IMG/VR virus record: IMGVR_UViG_3300011115_000879
Span: 32,001-96,000 of that record
DNA length: 64,000 bases
Source: a virus
Reading direction: 5' to 3' (one strand)
The position numbers were made by a program, and so were the translations under genes. Positions 38,158 through 48,308 of the stretch are shown here, piece after piece; position 1 is the stretch's first letter, and each line of letters begins with the position of its first letter. Under the pieces are notes generated by a model. It ran no database searches. It was given only the letters and a program-made list of their open reading frames with translations, and was not told the origin of the DNA.

Positions 38158-39129
38158 ATGATTAAACTAATAAGTATCGTTAAACAAATCCTATTAGAGG
38201 GTGGTAACGTATTTGGCACTACAGATTCAATTCAAAAAGCAAACATTGAACCTACAGTAGAAGTATTTAGAAGTCAATTATCTAAAATATTTCCTGCAAA
38301 AGCAGCATCCTTCAAATCATTTGAAAAATTAAGTTCAGCAGGTAAAAAAGATGTATCGGGTGATATTGATTTATCATACGATGTTAAAAATTTATTTCCT
38401 GGAGGTAAACCTGATTTTAAAGGTTGGGGTGTAGATGAAACAAAATACAACGAATTAGTAGCAAAATATACTAAAAGTTCTAGAACAGCATCACCTGAAA
38501 AAATTCAATTACGTGCAATGATTGTACTAATTGGAGAAAAAATTAATGATGCTTTAGAAGATGTTGAAGTAGATACCAAAGCCTCTGGTTCTGGATCTAT
38601 ATTTTGTGCTGTACCACAATACGGACCTGATGGTAAAAAATTAGGTAAAGCAGTTCAAACTGATATTAATATAGGTAATCCAGAATGGTTACGCTTTAGC
38701 TACTATTCTAACACATACTCAGGTAATGTTAAGGGATTACACCGTACACAACTTATGTTAGCTTTATTCTCAAATAAAGGTAGAACATTTGGTCATTCAA
38801 CTGGTGTTGTAGATAAAGAGACAGGAACACAAGAAGCAAAATCACCACAAGAAGCTATTAAATTATTAAATAAATTATATAATTTTAATATAACTCAAGA
38901 TATTTTAGATGATTATTTTAAATTAGAAGATTATATGAAGAAAAATCTATCTAAAGAAGAATATGGTTCTATTATGGATAGATATTTAAAAATATTAGAC
39001 TCAACACGAGCAGATATACCTGATAATCTACAACAATATTGGATTGACAATCAGGAAAGATTAGGATTGAAAGGTAAATTCTTACCGGATACATCTAACT
39101 TAATACCTCACCAAACCGAAAAAGCATAA
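38158..39129 (+). CDS. Pol-beta-superfamily nucleotidyltransferase-like protein with leader peptide
   Basis: LSSAGKK..SGDIDL..VQTD; leader MIKLISIVKQILLE. Confidence 0.65.
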   Translation: MIKLISIVKQILLEGGNVFGTTDSIQKANIEPTVEVFRSQLSKIFPAKAASFKSFEKLSSAGKKDVSGDIDLSYDVKNLFPGGKPDFKGWGVDETKYNELVAKYTKSSRTASPEKIQLRAMIVLIGEKINDALEDVEVDTKASGSGSIFCAVPQYGPDGKKLGKAVQTDINIGNPEWLRFSYYSNTYSGNVKGLHRTQLMLALFSNKGRTFGHSTGVVDKETGTQEAKSPQEAIKLLNKLYNFNITQDILDDYFKLEDYMKKNLSKEEYGSIMDRYLKILDSTRADIPDNLQQYWIDNQERLGLKGKFLPDTSNLIPHQTEKA

Positions 39130-42100
39130 TGTCCGGATCAATAGGAGCAAATAGAATACCAAGATCAGCAGTTGAAGCTACACTTAAAGCCTATACTGAT
39201 AAAGTATTAAGGAAATTTCCTGGCTTTAAATCAGCTAAAATATCTGGCTCATATAATACTAGTGTAAAACCAGATCATGGTGATTTGGATTTAGTTATTC
39301 ATATTGAAGGAGACGAAACTGATAAGAAAATATTAAAGCAAAAATTTGCTGCTTTTCTTAACTCATTATCTGAAATTCCTCCATTTAAATCAGGACGCAA
39401 TGTTGGTAAAAAATCAGCAGGTACAGGTGATATAGTAATTACACAATTCCCTATTGAAGGATATCCAGACTTAACTGTACAGATTGACAATATGATTGTT
39501 ATGTCTGAACAAGAAAGTGACTATAGAAAAAGCTTTTTAGATTTACCGGCTGAAAAACAAGGTTTATTGGTTGGTTTAGCTAAAGCTATATTATTAGAAG
39601 AAAATCCACAAGATATATTTTCGCGTTTAGGTATCACAAATATACCTAAATTAGAGGATAATCAAGAATTTGAATTTAATTTATCAAATAAAGGATTAAC
39701 ATTACGTTTAGTTACATTGAGTGATAATTTTAAAGAAACAGGTAGAAACGAAATATGGACATCATTTAATTGGAGTGATGTAGAAAAACTATTTAAGAAC
39801 TATAATTTAAATGGAAGCTGGGAAGATTTATTAGATGATATAAAAAATAAATTACAAAATCCACGTTCTAAAAACCGTGTAAAAGGAGTATTTAATTCAC
39901 TAGTTGTAATAAATGCTGGTGAAGCTGGGACCCCAAAAGGTGATAATAAATTAAAAGCAAAAGAAAAAGTGAGTGCAACATTATCTGAAAATAATTTAGG
40001 ACGCTATTTAGTGTCTATGTTATTAGAACAAGAAGAAGAAACACAACCAACAATAGCAATATTTCCTGGTGCTTTTAAACCACCTCATAAAGGACACTTT
40101 GATGTAGTAGAACAACTATTAAAAGTATCTGATCAAGTAGTGGTACTAGTATCTCCTAAAACAAGAGATGGCATTACAGCAGATGAAAGTATGGCTGTAT
40201 GGAATTTATATAAAGCTAAATTAGATGGTTCTGTTGAAGTAAGAGTATCAGCAATTACCCCTATTAAAGAAACATATGACGTTGTAGCAGATAACCCAGA
40301 TACTGAATTTAGAGTAGCATTTGGTAAAGGTGAAATAGATCGTTACAAAACGATTGAAAAATATCCAAATGTAAAAATATTTGATGCTGGTGAAGTAGAA
40401 GGAGTAAGTGCAACAGGATTAAGAGCAGCTATCGTTAGCAAAAATGAAGAAAAAATTAAAGAATATCTACCAGAAGGAATTACTATAGAAGAATTCATGT
40501 CTGCTTTAAATAAACCAGTAGAAACATCAACAGCACCACCAGCTGAACCAGCACCCGCTGAACCAGCTCCTGCTGCACCAGAACAACCATTACAAGAATC
40601 ACCACCGCTTGAATTTGAACAAGACGATTATCAAGATTATGTATTACAAAATAGAAATAAAATAGAGAAAGCAGCGTATTTCTTTAATTTACCTATTAGT
40701 GATATGGAATATGCGTTTAATGCTGGTAAAGAAGTAGTATTATCTGATGATATGTGGTCTAAATTAGATAATAGCAAATCATATAAAATGAAAACATTAG
40801 ATGATGCTATTCAACACGCTCTAAAATTAGGTATTAATCCTAAACCATATATTGATTTTATTAAAGGCGGTAAGGAAATGCCTTTACCACTTGTGTTGTG
40901 TTATGCTCAAGACAAATATTATTTAGTTGGTGGAGAGATAGTATTATCATTATATAGAGCATTAGGTTCAATCCCTACAGTAATACAAGCTACATTAAAT
41001 TTAAAAATTAATTCACCATCGTATCCTGTAATGGTAAAGGAAGGTTTAATTAAAGAATATTCTGAAAGTCTAATTAAAAGATTAATACAAAAATATAAAA
41101 TAGAACAACCAGATTTATCTGATGAAGATATAAGAGCAGAAATATTAGAATTTGATAAAATAAAAGATAAATTAGATCCTACTAAACGAGATATAACTAA
41201 ATATGATTGGAGTACATTACAATCAACAATACAAGATAATAAATCAACTCGCATTAAAGCTGGTAAAGTTGATAAGAATAAGGTAGAAGGTGATGTTAAT
41301 TTAGTTTATAATAAGAATGGCATTAGAATATATAAAGCTGACTCTAAAAAAGCCTGTATTAAGTATGGTAATGGATATAGTTTCTGTATATCAGCTCGTG
41401 GAAGTGGTAATGCATTCGATACTTATAGATTTGGAGATGAAGATGAAGAACAAGATCCAGGATTACCGTATTTTGTATTTGATGATAATAAATCTTCTGC
41501 TAAAGATGAAAAAGATAAATTCATTGATCAGGAACATTTATTAGTTATATTCGCCCTAGAATATGGAGGATATGCAGTAACAAAAGCTAATAATGAGGGA
41601 GAAGATTGGTTTGAAACTTTTGATAAATTAGTATCTAAATATCCATATCTTAATGGATTAGAAAATACAATTAAATATGAAAATCCTGATAAAAAAATTA
41701 GTCTAGGTAGAGAATTTACTAAATATGTTGATAATAAAGCAACAGAATTGATAACTATCTGGCTGAATAAAAATAAGGATTTTTATCGAAAAGAATCGGC
41801 CTTTGCACCTAACTTTAATAACTTACCAAATAAAAGTAAACAATTTATTCAAGATATATTGGATGGAAAAAGAGTTATGTATAGCATAACAAATAAATCT
41901 CCATCTGGTAATGGTACTTCTATAATAACTACTAGTCCTGAAGAAGCACAAAAAGAATTAGAAAAATATATAAAAAAATCAGACGATAATTTTAATAACA
42001 ATATTTCATCTTTATCTATAGAAAAACAAAAAGACGTACTTGATTATTATCATAAATATCCATTTCATTTAGTACAAATCCCTATGAATCAATCTACAAT

Positions 42101-42578
42101 TGATTATTTAGAAGGATTAGTTAGACTTGCTGATGTAAATACTAACAATGTAACTCAATATATGACATCTTGGCCTATTAAACATATTGGTCTTTTAGAA
42201 AACCAAGAAACTTCAAATAAAAAAGTAGATTCAAGTATAATAAAAGAATTTATTAAATTTGCTATTAGAAAACTACAAATATCTAAAATACCAGAAGGAT
42301 TAACATTATCATACAACAATGATGAAGCTAAATCTCGTCACTCATTTGGTACATTTGACCCAAATACTGGTAAAATATGGCTATACGTTAAAAATAGAAA
42401 CATGGCTGATATATTACGCACACTAGCACATGAATTAGTTCATCGTAAACAAGACGAAGATGGACGTATCGATTATAGTAGCGGCGAAACAGGATCAGAA
42501 ATTGAAAACGAAGCAAATGCTCAAGCAGGTATACTATTAAGAGACTTTGGTAAACAAAACGAAAAAATATATCAATAA
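39129..42578 (+). CDS. Multidomain polyprotein: Pol-beta NTase, HIGH-type NTase, two unknown modules, HExxH metallopeptidase
   Basis: GS..GDLD..QID; FPGAFKPPHKGH..SAT; YG.G..FCI; RTLAHELVH..E.EANA. Confidence 0.75.
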   Translation: MSGSIGANRIPRSAVEATLKAYTDKVLRKFPGFKSAKISGSYNTSVKPDHGDLDLVIHIEGDETDKKILKQKFAAFLNSLSEIPPFKSGRNVGKKSAGTGDIVITQFPIEGYPDLTVQIDNMIVMSEQESDYRKSFLDLPAEKQGLLVGLAKAILLEENPQDIFSRLGITNIPKLEDNQEFEFNLSNKGLTLRLVTLSDNFKETGRNEIWTSFNWSDVEKLFKNYNLNGSWEDLLDDIKNKLQNPRSKNRVKGVFNSLVVINAGEAGTPKGDNKLKAKEKVSATLSENNLGRYLVSMLLEQEEETQPTIAIFPGAFKPPHKGHFDVVEQLLKVSDQVVVLVSPKTRDGITADESMAVWNLYKAKLDGSVEVRVSAITPIKETYDVVADNPDTEFRVAFGKGEIDRYKTIEKYPNVKIFDAGEVEGVSATGLRAAIVSKNEEKIKEYLPEGITIEEFMSALNKPVETSTAPPAEPAPAEPAPAAPEQPLQESPPLEFEQDDYQDYVLQNRNKIEKAAYFFNLPISDMEYAFNAGKEVVLSDDMWSKLDNSKSYKMKTLDDAIQHALKLGINPKPYIDFIKGGKEMPLPLVLCYAQDKYYLVGGEIVLSLYRALGSIPTVIQATLNLKINSPSYPVMVKEGLIKEYSESLIKRLIQKYKIEQPDLSDEDIRAEILEFDKIKDKLDPTKRDITKYDWSTLQSTIQDNKSTRIKAGKVDKNKVEGDVNLVYNKNGIRIYKADSKKACIKYGNGYSFCISARGSGNAFDTYRFGDEDEEQDPGLPYFVFDDNKSSAKDEKDKFIDQEHLLVIFALEYGGYAVTKANNEGEDWFETFDKLVSKYPYLNGLENTIKYENPDKKISLGREFTKYVDNKATELITIWLNKNKDFYRKESAFAPNFNNLPNKSKQFIQDILDGKRVMYSITNKSPSGNGTSIITTSPEEAQKELEKYIKKSDDNFNNNISSLSIEKQKDVLDYYHKYPFHLVQIPMNQSTIDYLEGLVRLADVNTNNVTQYMTSWPIKHIGLLENQETSNKKVDSSIIKEFIKFAIRKLQISKIPEGLTLSYNNDEAKSRHSFGTFDPNTGKIWLYVKNRNMADILRTLAHELVHRKQDEDGRIDYSSGETGSEIENEANAQAGILLRDFGKQNEKIYQ

Positions 42579-42591
42579 ATAAAATATAGTT

Positions 42592-43176
42592 ATGGCTGAA
42601 TCGAAATTAATAAAAGAATTTAAGGGGCGTGATGTACAACGTATGCGTAACATTATGACTAAAGATTATGGTGCTAAAACATCTGTTCAAGTAGGATATA
42701 ATAAAGATCATATTGAGTACAAGGAAGGTGATGTATGGGAAGTTGATGGTAGATCATGGACAATCAAAAACGGTTTAAAACAAACCGTTACTCGCTTTGA
42801 TAAACTTAAACAATTAGTTGCAATGCCTTTATGTTGTCCTAAATGTAAAGTACCAATGCAGGACAATCGCCCAAACAAATTAATGTATTCTATACATCAA
42901 ATATGTTTTGATTGTGTTATAAAACACGAAACTAAACTAAAACTTACAGGCGAATACGAAAAATACGAACGTAATATAATAAATCAAGGCGTACAATACC
43001 ATATTAAAGAAATGGAAGGTGTATTACTAGAATTATTAATGGACCAATCCGATGAATCTTTCGTTACTGAAGCTGGCGATATTGAAACATGGAAAGGTAA
43101 AGGTATAGACGTAACTAAAACCACACAAGAAATACAGGAGTACATACAAAAACTCAAGGATGCCATAGCTACCTAA
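42592..43176 (+). CDS. Zinc-finger hypothetical protein
   Basis: CPKC..CFDC. Confidence 0.7.
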   Translation: MAESKLIKEFKGRDVQRMRNIMTKDYGAKTSVQVGYNKDHIEYKEGDVWEVDGRSWTIKNGLKQTVTRFDKLKQLVAMPLCCPKCKVPMQDNRPNKLMYSIHQICFDCVIKHETKLKLTGEYEKYERNIINQGVQYHIKEMEGVLLELLMDQSDESFVTEAGDIETWKGKGIDVTKTTQEIQEYIQKLKDAIAT

Positions 43177-43218
43177 TATTTATTAGCATCGTTCCACCTA
43201 AATATATAAATAAATACG

Positions 43219-43386
43219 ATGCATAATAATCCTGAATTTAATACTATTGGACTTGTTTCTATAAGTTTAACCACTCTAAATAGTCTATTTCAAGTATTTA
43301 ATCCTATCCTTACAGGTTTATTTTATATAGCTTCGATTTCGTGGCTATGTGTACAAATATACTACAAATTAAAAGGTAAAAGATGA
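43219..43386 (+). CDS. 55-aa membrane protein, possibly holin-like (not in ORF track)
   Basis: Hydrophobic with basic C-terminus; late motif at 43176. Confidence 0.5.
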   Translation: MHNNPEFNTIGLVSISLTTLNSLFQVFNPILTGLFYIASISWLCVQIYYKLKGKR

Positions 43387-43613
43387 TTAAACTATCAGAA
43401 TTATTAGAACCAGAACCACTACAATTTCCAGATAGTTTTAAACCAGCTAAAAAGGTACCTGAAGGTGGTGCAATGTGCGCTAACTGCGCTAAGTGGAATA
43501 AAGAAACACAATTGTGTGAAGGACAATATTACATTGATTGGAATGGTAACGGTAAAATACCAACTGAACCAACTAAATATGTTTGTATTTGGTGGGTACC
43601 GCAAAATAAATAA
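43383..43613 (+). CDS. Small 4-Cys protein with MIKLSELLE leader
   Basis: CANC-x9-C-x22-CIWW. Confidence 0.65.
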   Translation: MIKLSELLEPEPLQFPDSFKPAKKVPEGGAMCANCAKWNKETQLCEGQYYIDWNGNGKIPTEPTKYVCIWWVPQNK

Positions 43614-43615
43614 CA

Positions 43616-44218
43616 ATGATTAAACTATCAGAACTACTAAGCGAAAAAGCACCATGCTGGAAAGGTTATAAACAAATTGGTATGAAGGAAAAGAATGGTA
43701 AACAAGTACCAAACTGCGTTCCAATTGATGAAGCCTTTTTTATAGGTGAAGATCAAACTATAGAGTGTGAAAAATGTGGATGGAGATGGAAATTATCTGA
43801 TGGTGGAAAAGATCCATATCTTTGCCATAAATGTAATTTCGATAATAGCTACGTCTATCAAGACGAAGCAATAGATGAATACGACGTTGAAAATAAACAA
43901 GACGTATTAGAATTCCTCCAATTTATAAAAGAACACAACAAACTATTATCTGAAGCAGAATGTGATTGTGTTTATGAAGCTGAATATCACGGCCATAAAG
44001 TTACATTAGGTAAACCAATGCAAGGTGATATTAAGAAATTCAAAGTATACGTTAAAGATCCTAAATCAGGAAGAATAGTTAAAGTAAATTTTGGAGCTCA
44101 TGGAATGAATATTAAAAAGAATAATCCTAAACGTCGCAAAGCATATAGAGCAAGACACCATTGTGACAATCCCGGACCTCGTACTAAAGCAAATTATTGG
44201 AGTTGCCGTAAATGGTAA
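43616..44218 (+). CDS. Modular Cys-rich protein with MIKLSELLSE leader
   Basis: CWKGY..VPNCVP module, CxxC Zn ribbon, C-terminal KVNFG..RARH.C..YWSC module. Confidence 0.7.
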   Translation: MIKLSELLSEKAPCWKGYKQIGMKEKNGKQVPNCVPIDEAFFIGEDQTIECEKCGWRWKLSDGGKDPYLCHKCNFDNSYVYQDEAIDEYDVENKQDVLEFLQFIKEHNKLLSEAECDCVYEAEYHGHKVTLGKPMQGDIKKFKVYVKDPKSGRIVKVNFGAHGMNIKKNNPKRRKAYRARHHCDNPGPRTKANYWSCRKW

Positions 44219-44233
44219 AATAAAAATATATAA

Positions 44234-46897
44234 ATGAGAGCAATAGATAAATTCATATTACACGTAGCACATAATCTTTTCCCTTTAAATGAATATTCAG
44301 CAGGAGAAGTATCCCGCTTAATGATTCAATTTAGAGAAGAAGCTGATGATTTAAATATCCAAATTACAGACGATCAACTTAAAGCATATATCAATCGATT
44401 TGATACTTTAAAAAATTCTCCTAAAGTACAGGAGAAAGATTTACGTAAATATACTTTATCAAAACTAATTAAATTAGTAACATCATCCGCCGATGCTGAA
44501 ACAGAAGGTGATGAGGAAGATCAAACACCAGATGTAGTATATCAAGATGGTGGTATTACAATATGGAATGGCTCTAAAGAAGGTAATTGTATTGCTTATG
44601 GTAGAGGAGAAAAATGGTGTATCACTAGAGGATCATTTGGTAACTACCGCTATAGCGCAGATAAAGGATATCCAGTATTTTATTTAGCTAAAAATACTAA
44701 TATATCAGATAGTGATAAATTAAGCTTTGTTGCTATTCAAGTTAGAAATGTAACAGATGACGATAAAAAATACGTCTATACCGATAGAAGTAACTCCCCA
44801 TATGAATCATCAGCAATGAATTTTAGTGCATTATTATCTAAAATCCCTTGGTTGAACGATATTCCAAATATTAGAGGAATATTACGTTATATCCCTTTAA
44901 ATAATAATGAAAAAGTAAATCAAAAATATAAAAACGAATCGGTTAGTATTAGAGAATGGATAAAAATGCCATTTAATACTAAAAAACAATATTTAGTTGT
45001 TAGGGGTGCACGTACTTTATTTAATGATATAGAAAATACAGAATTTGTTGGAAAATATTTACCACAATATCCACAAATAGCTGAATTTATTGTTATTACT
45101 CCTGGTATCATTGATAATGTTTATTTATTAGCAAATTTAGATAAATTTAGCAATCAAGATAGAAGATCAATAACAGCTAACATACAACAACCAATTGATT
45201 TAAGATACCTTTCAACAGAAAACTTTCCATTTGATGTTAAAAAATTATTAACATTATTAAAAAAATGGAAAATTAGAAGTGATGAAAGATTATATGTTAC
45301 TAAAAATGGTGAAGCCATTGTTAAATTAAAATTTGGAGATACAGTTAATATAGGAGTATACACAGCGGAAGATGATTATCCAAATGTTAAATTAAATCAA
45401 CGCACATCAAAATACTTACTTGACTACCCAGAACTAGATAAGATACCATTCAATGTAATGATAAAATTAGCTACTGATGGTGTTATAGATAAAAGCTTAT
45501 TAGATACAATTATAGAAAAAGCTAAAACAGATGAAGATTCTGCTATTGTAGTTAAAGATATTAATGGTAAAGAAATTATAGTCGATTCAAATTCATTTGC
45601 ATCATATAAAATTGAAGATGGTAAAATATCTAAAATACCATTTGATGATGAAGATGTACAAGCTGTATTTGCTGCTGAAAAAGATAATTTATCATTCCAA
45701 CAAAGTGCAGTTGATACTATTAGAATAGCAGCTACTGATGGACAAGATCTACCACCAAGATTAGATAAAGAAGCATTTTTATCCATTGTTAAAGCCACAC
45801 CATACGATAAAAGAACATACACAGATGGGCGATATCAATATGTTGTTTTAGTACCAGAAGGACAAGGTGAGAGAGATATGTTTACAAAATCTACAAACCT
45901 ATACGATAGTATGTTAACTACTGGAGCTGATTTTGGACGTGCTGGTGATTGGAGAGCATTTGATCATAAAGGTGCAATGCAGGAAAGAGATTATAGAGCT
46001 TACTTCAGCTGGATGAGAAATGAAAATAAAGTATATGAAAGTGAACGAGTAATAAGTAATTGGAGGACTACATGGGGTGGTGTAGGTGGTAAAAAAGCAT
46101 GGTTTGCAGCACAACCACCATTCTCACCAACAGACCAATACGCACCCGCAGTATCAGCAGACGGTACTTGTTATCTTGTTAATAAACAAAATTCAAGAGA
46201 AAGTCTTAAATTATCCGACTCAGCTAAATTAGTTAAAGCAAATATACCAGCCTCAATGGCTCGCCAATTAATAGGCGCTACACCAGATCAAGCTACTCCA
46301 GTAGCTGCAGCAGCTACAACACCAGTAGCAAACGCAGCAGCACCAGCAACCGGTAGAAGAGGTAGACCAGTAGGTGTAGCTAATGCTCCACGTGCTGCCG
46401 CTCCTGCAGCAGCAGCAGGAGAAGGATTTATAAATGTAGCTAACGTAATGGATGAAACTGGGTTAGTAGCTGCATTTAACGGATTACCACGTGCTGATAG
46501 AAATAGATTAAACGTAACAGATGGTGTACGTATTACTCCAAATGGAGATAGAGGTGCTGCTCGTCGCAATAATCAATTAGGTGAATTAGTTGGCAGTGTA
46601 GGTAGAGTTATTGGTATTGGAGCTAGTAAAATATACTTAATTCGTTTAAGAGCAAACCAACAAATAATAGCATCTATTAATATACAACCAGGTAATAGAA
46701 ACTACGTACTATTACCAAATGGCACAGCATTAACATTAAATTCACCAGCTGAATTAATGCAGGTATTACGCCAACGTAACTTAGTAGCTGAAGCTCGCAA
46801 TTACATTGTGCGTGAATATCTACACCACAACCCACAACATTTAGATGAGGTACGAGGTTTAATACAACAACACGTTAATGAAACCAAAAGAAAGTAA
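44234..46897 (+). CDS. Large putative head-internal protein
   Basis: 887 aa; N-terminal YG.G.KWCI module shared with 39129; RRGRP motif. Confidence 0.7.
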   Translation: MRAIDKFILHVAHNLFPLNEYSAGEVSRLMIQFREEADDLNIQITDDQLKAYINRFDTLKNSPKVQEKDLRKYTLSKLIKLVTSSADAETEGDEEDQTPDVVYQDGGITIWNGSKEGNCIAYGRGEKWCITRGSFGNYRYSADKGYPVFYLAKNTNISDSDKLSFVAIQVRNVTDDDKKYVYTDRSNSPYESSAMNFSALLSKIPWLNDIPNIRGILRYIPLNNNEKVNQKYKNESVSIREWIKMPFNTKKQYLVVRGARTLFNDIENTEFVGKYLPQYPQIAEFIVITPGIIDNVYLLANLDKFSNQDRRSITANIQQPIDLRYLSTENFPFDVKKLLTLLKKWKIRSDERLYVTKNGEAIVKLKFGDTVNIGVYTAEDDYPNVKLNQRTSKYLLDYPELDKIPFNVMIKLATDGVIDKSLLDTIIEKAKTDEDSAIVVKDINGKEIIVDSNSFASYKIEDGKISKIPFDDEDVQAVFAAEKDNLSFQQSAVDTIRIAATDGQDLPPRLDKEAFLSIVKATPYDKRTYTDGRYQYVVLVPEGQGERDMFTKSTNLYDSMLTTGADFGRAGDWRAFDHKGAMQERDYRAYFSWMRNENKVYESERVISNWRTTWGGVGGKKAWFAAQPPFSPTDQYAPAVSADGTCYLVNKQNSRESLKLSDSAKLVKANIPASMARQLIGATPDQATPVAAAATTPVANAAAPATGRRGRPVGVANAPRAAAPAAAAGEGFINVANVMDETGLVAAFNGLPRADRNRLNVTDGVRITPNGDRGAARRNNQLGELVGSVGRVIGIGASKIYLIRLRANQQIIASINIQPGNRNYVLLPNGTALTLNSPAELMQVLRQRNLVAEARNYIVREYLHHNPQHLDEVRGLIQQHVNETKRK

Positions 46898-46927
46898 TAT
46901 TTATAAATATAAACACAAAAAGATAAT

Positions 46928-47416
46928 ATGAATAATTCAGCAATGCGTCTATTTGTACGCAGCATCATAGCAGAAGCTAAAGCAACAGATAAAAAGGTTA
47001 AAAAAACGAAAAAAGCAATGAGAACATCTGTTGATGATCGTTTGAAAATGATTGACGAAGCTGGCGATAAAGCTGCTTTACAAGCTAAAATAGCTAAAAT
47101 CGAAGAAGATATCAAAGAAGCAAACGAAATCAAAAATGCAATTCCTAGCAACATTGGTCATTTTGTTGATCATGAAATTATAAGCGATTTACATGATGAT
47201 TTAGCATCTAGTATTGAAGAACTTCAAGCTAAAAAAGCTGAATTAGAAGAGCAAATGAAAGGATTAGATGAGGCTCGCTTTAAAAAAGGAGAAGATGTAG
47301 GAGCAAAAGGTAAAAATTTCGCTAAAATCGAAAAATCAGCAGCAAAACATTATGGTTCAGAAGAAGCTGGTAAAAAAGTAGCAGGTGCTATTCTTAAAAA
47401 AGTAGTAAAAAAATAA
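46928..47416 (+). CDS. Coiled-coil putative head-internal protein
   Basis: Late motif; RSIIAE leader. Confidence 0.65.
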   Translation: MNNSAMRLFVRSIIAEAKATDKKVKKTKKAMRTSVDDRLKMIDEAGDKAALQAKIAKIEEDIKEANEIKNAIPSNIGHFVDHEIISDLHDDLASSIEELQAKKAELEEQMKGLDEARFKKGEDVGAKGKNFAKIEKSAAKHYGSEEAGKKVAGAILKKVVKK

Positions 47417-47418
47417 TA

Positions 47419-47775
47419 ATGATTAAGTTAGCTGAATTATTAGATGAAAAACATCTTACTCCTGCTGAAGTAGAAAAAAAGGAAGATATTCTTAAAGCCA
47501 TGAAAAAATCTGGCACTAAGTTAACTCCTAAAGAATATGCTATAGCAACAGCAAAAGCTGAAAAAATAGCTGAAGGAGAAGATCATGAAGCGTCAATGGC
47601 TAAAGGTGAATTACGCGATATGCTTACACACGGAGCAAAATTATACCAAATGATTGAACCAGGTGAAAACTTACCAGGTTGGGTATCATCTTACATCACA
47701 TTGGCTTCAGATTATATTCACAGTGTAACAGAATATATGATTGAAAAATCCGTTGAAGGAGAAACTTATGAATAA
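47419..47775 (+). CDS. Putative head-internal protein (MIKLAELLDE leader)
   Basis: Leader plus DHE.SMA..LPGWV..IT.A.DY module. Confidence 0.65.
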   Translation: MIKLAELLDEKHLTPAEVEKKEDILKAMKKSGTKLTPKEYAIATAKAEKIAEGEDHEASMAKGELRDMLTHGAKLYQMIEPGENLPGWVSSYITLASDYIHSVTEYMIEKSVEGETYE

Positions 47776-48307
47776 AGAACTATTATTAGAAAAATATATT
47801 AAAGTTGCTGTTAAGAAGGCTTTAAAAGAGCAAGAAGTAGCACAACAGAAAGCCGAGAAAGCGATGTACCTAGTATATCGCTTCCCTGGTTTAAAAAAAG
47901 TAATGGAAGACTTAATGTCACCTGCTTTTGGTAAGTATGTTAATGCTATTAATATTATTGCTCCAAAGCCAACTACATTTAAAGTTGATTTAATCAACGG
48001 ACAAGACTTCAGCATTAAATATCTAGGTAAAGGTAAATTCAGTACTAAAGTGGCAGGTAAACAATATAATCCTATTAATTTAGGAGAATTAGAACGTGCA
48101 TCACAATCAATATCTGATTTACTAGAATTAAATTATGCACCTGCTGAAGGTAAAGAACAAATGGGTGCTGAACCTGGAGCAGAACCAGCAGCACCCGGTA
48201 CATCAGCAGCTGAATTAGGTCCTGAATTAGCAGCAGCTAATACTGAACCAACACCACCAGAAGCTACTCCACCAGCAGAAGAAGAAACCCCACCAGCCGA
48301 AGCATAA
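47768..48307 (+). CDS. Hypothetical protein with Pro/Ala/Glu tail
   Basis: Start revised to ATG 47768. Confidence 0.65.
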   Translation: MNKELLLEKYIKVAVKKALKEQEVAQQKAEKAMYLVYRFPGLKKVMEDLMSPAFGKYVNAINIIAPKPTTFKVDLINGQDFSIKYLGKGKFSTKVAGKQYNPINLGELERASQSISDLLELNYAPAEGKEQMGAEPGAEPAAPGTSAAELGPELAAANTEPTPPEATPPAEEETPPAEA

Positions 48308-48308
48308 T

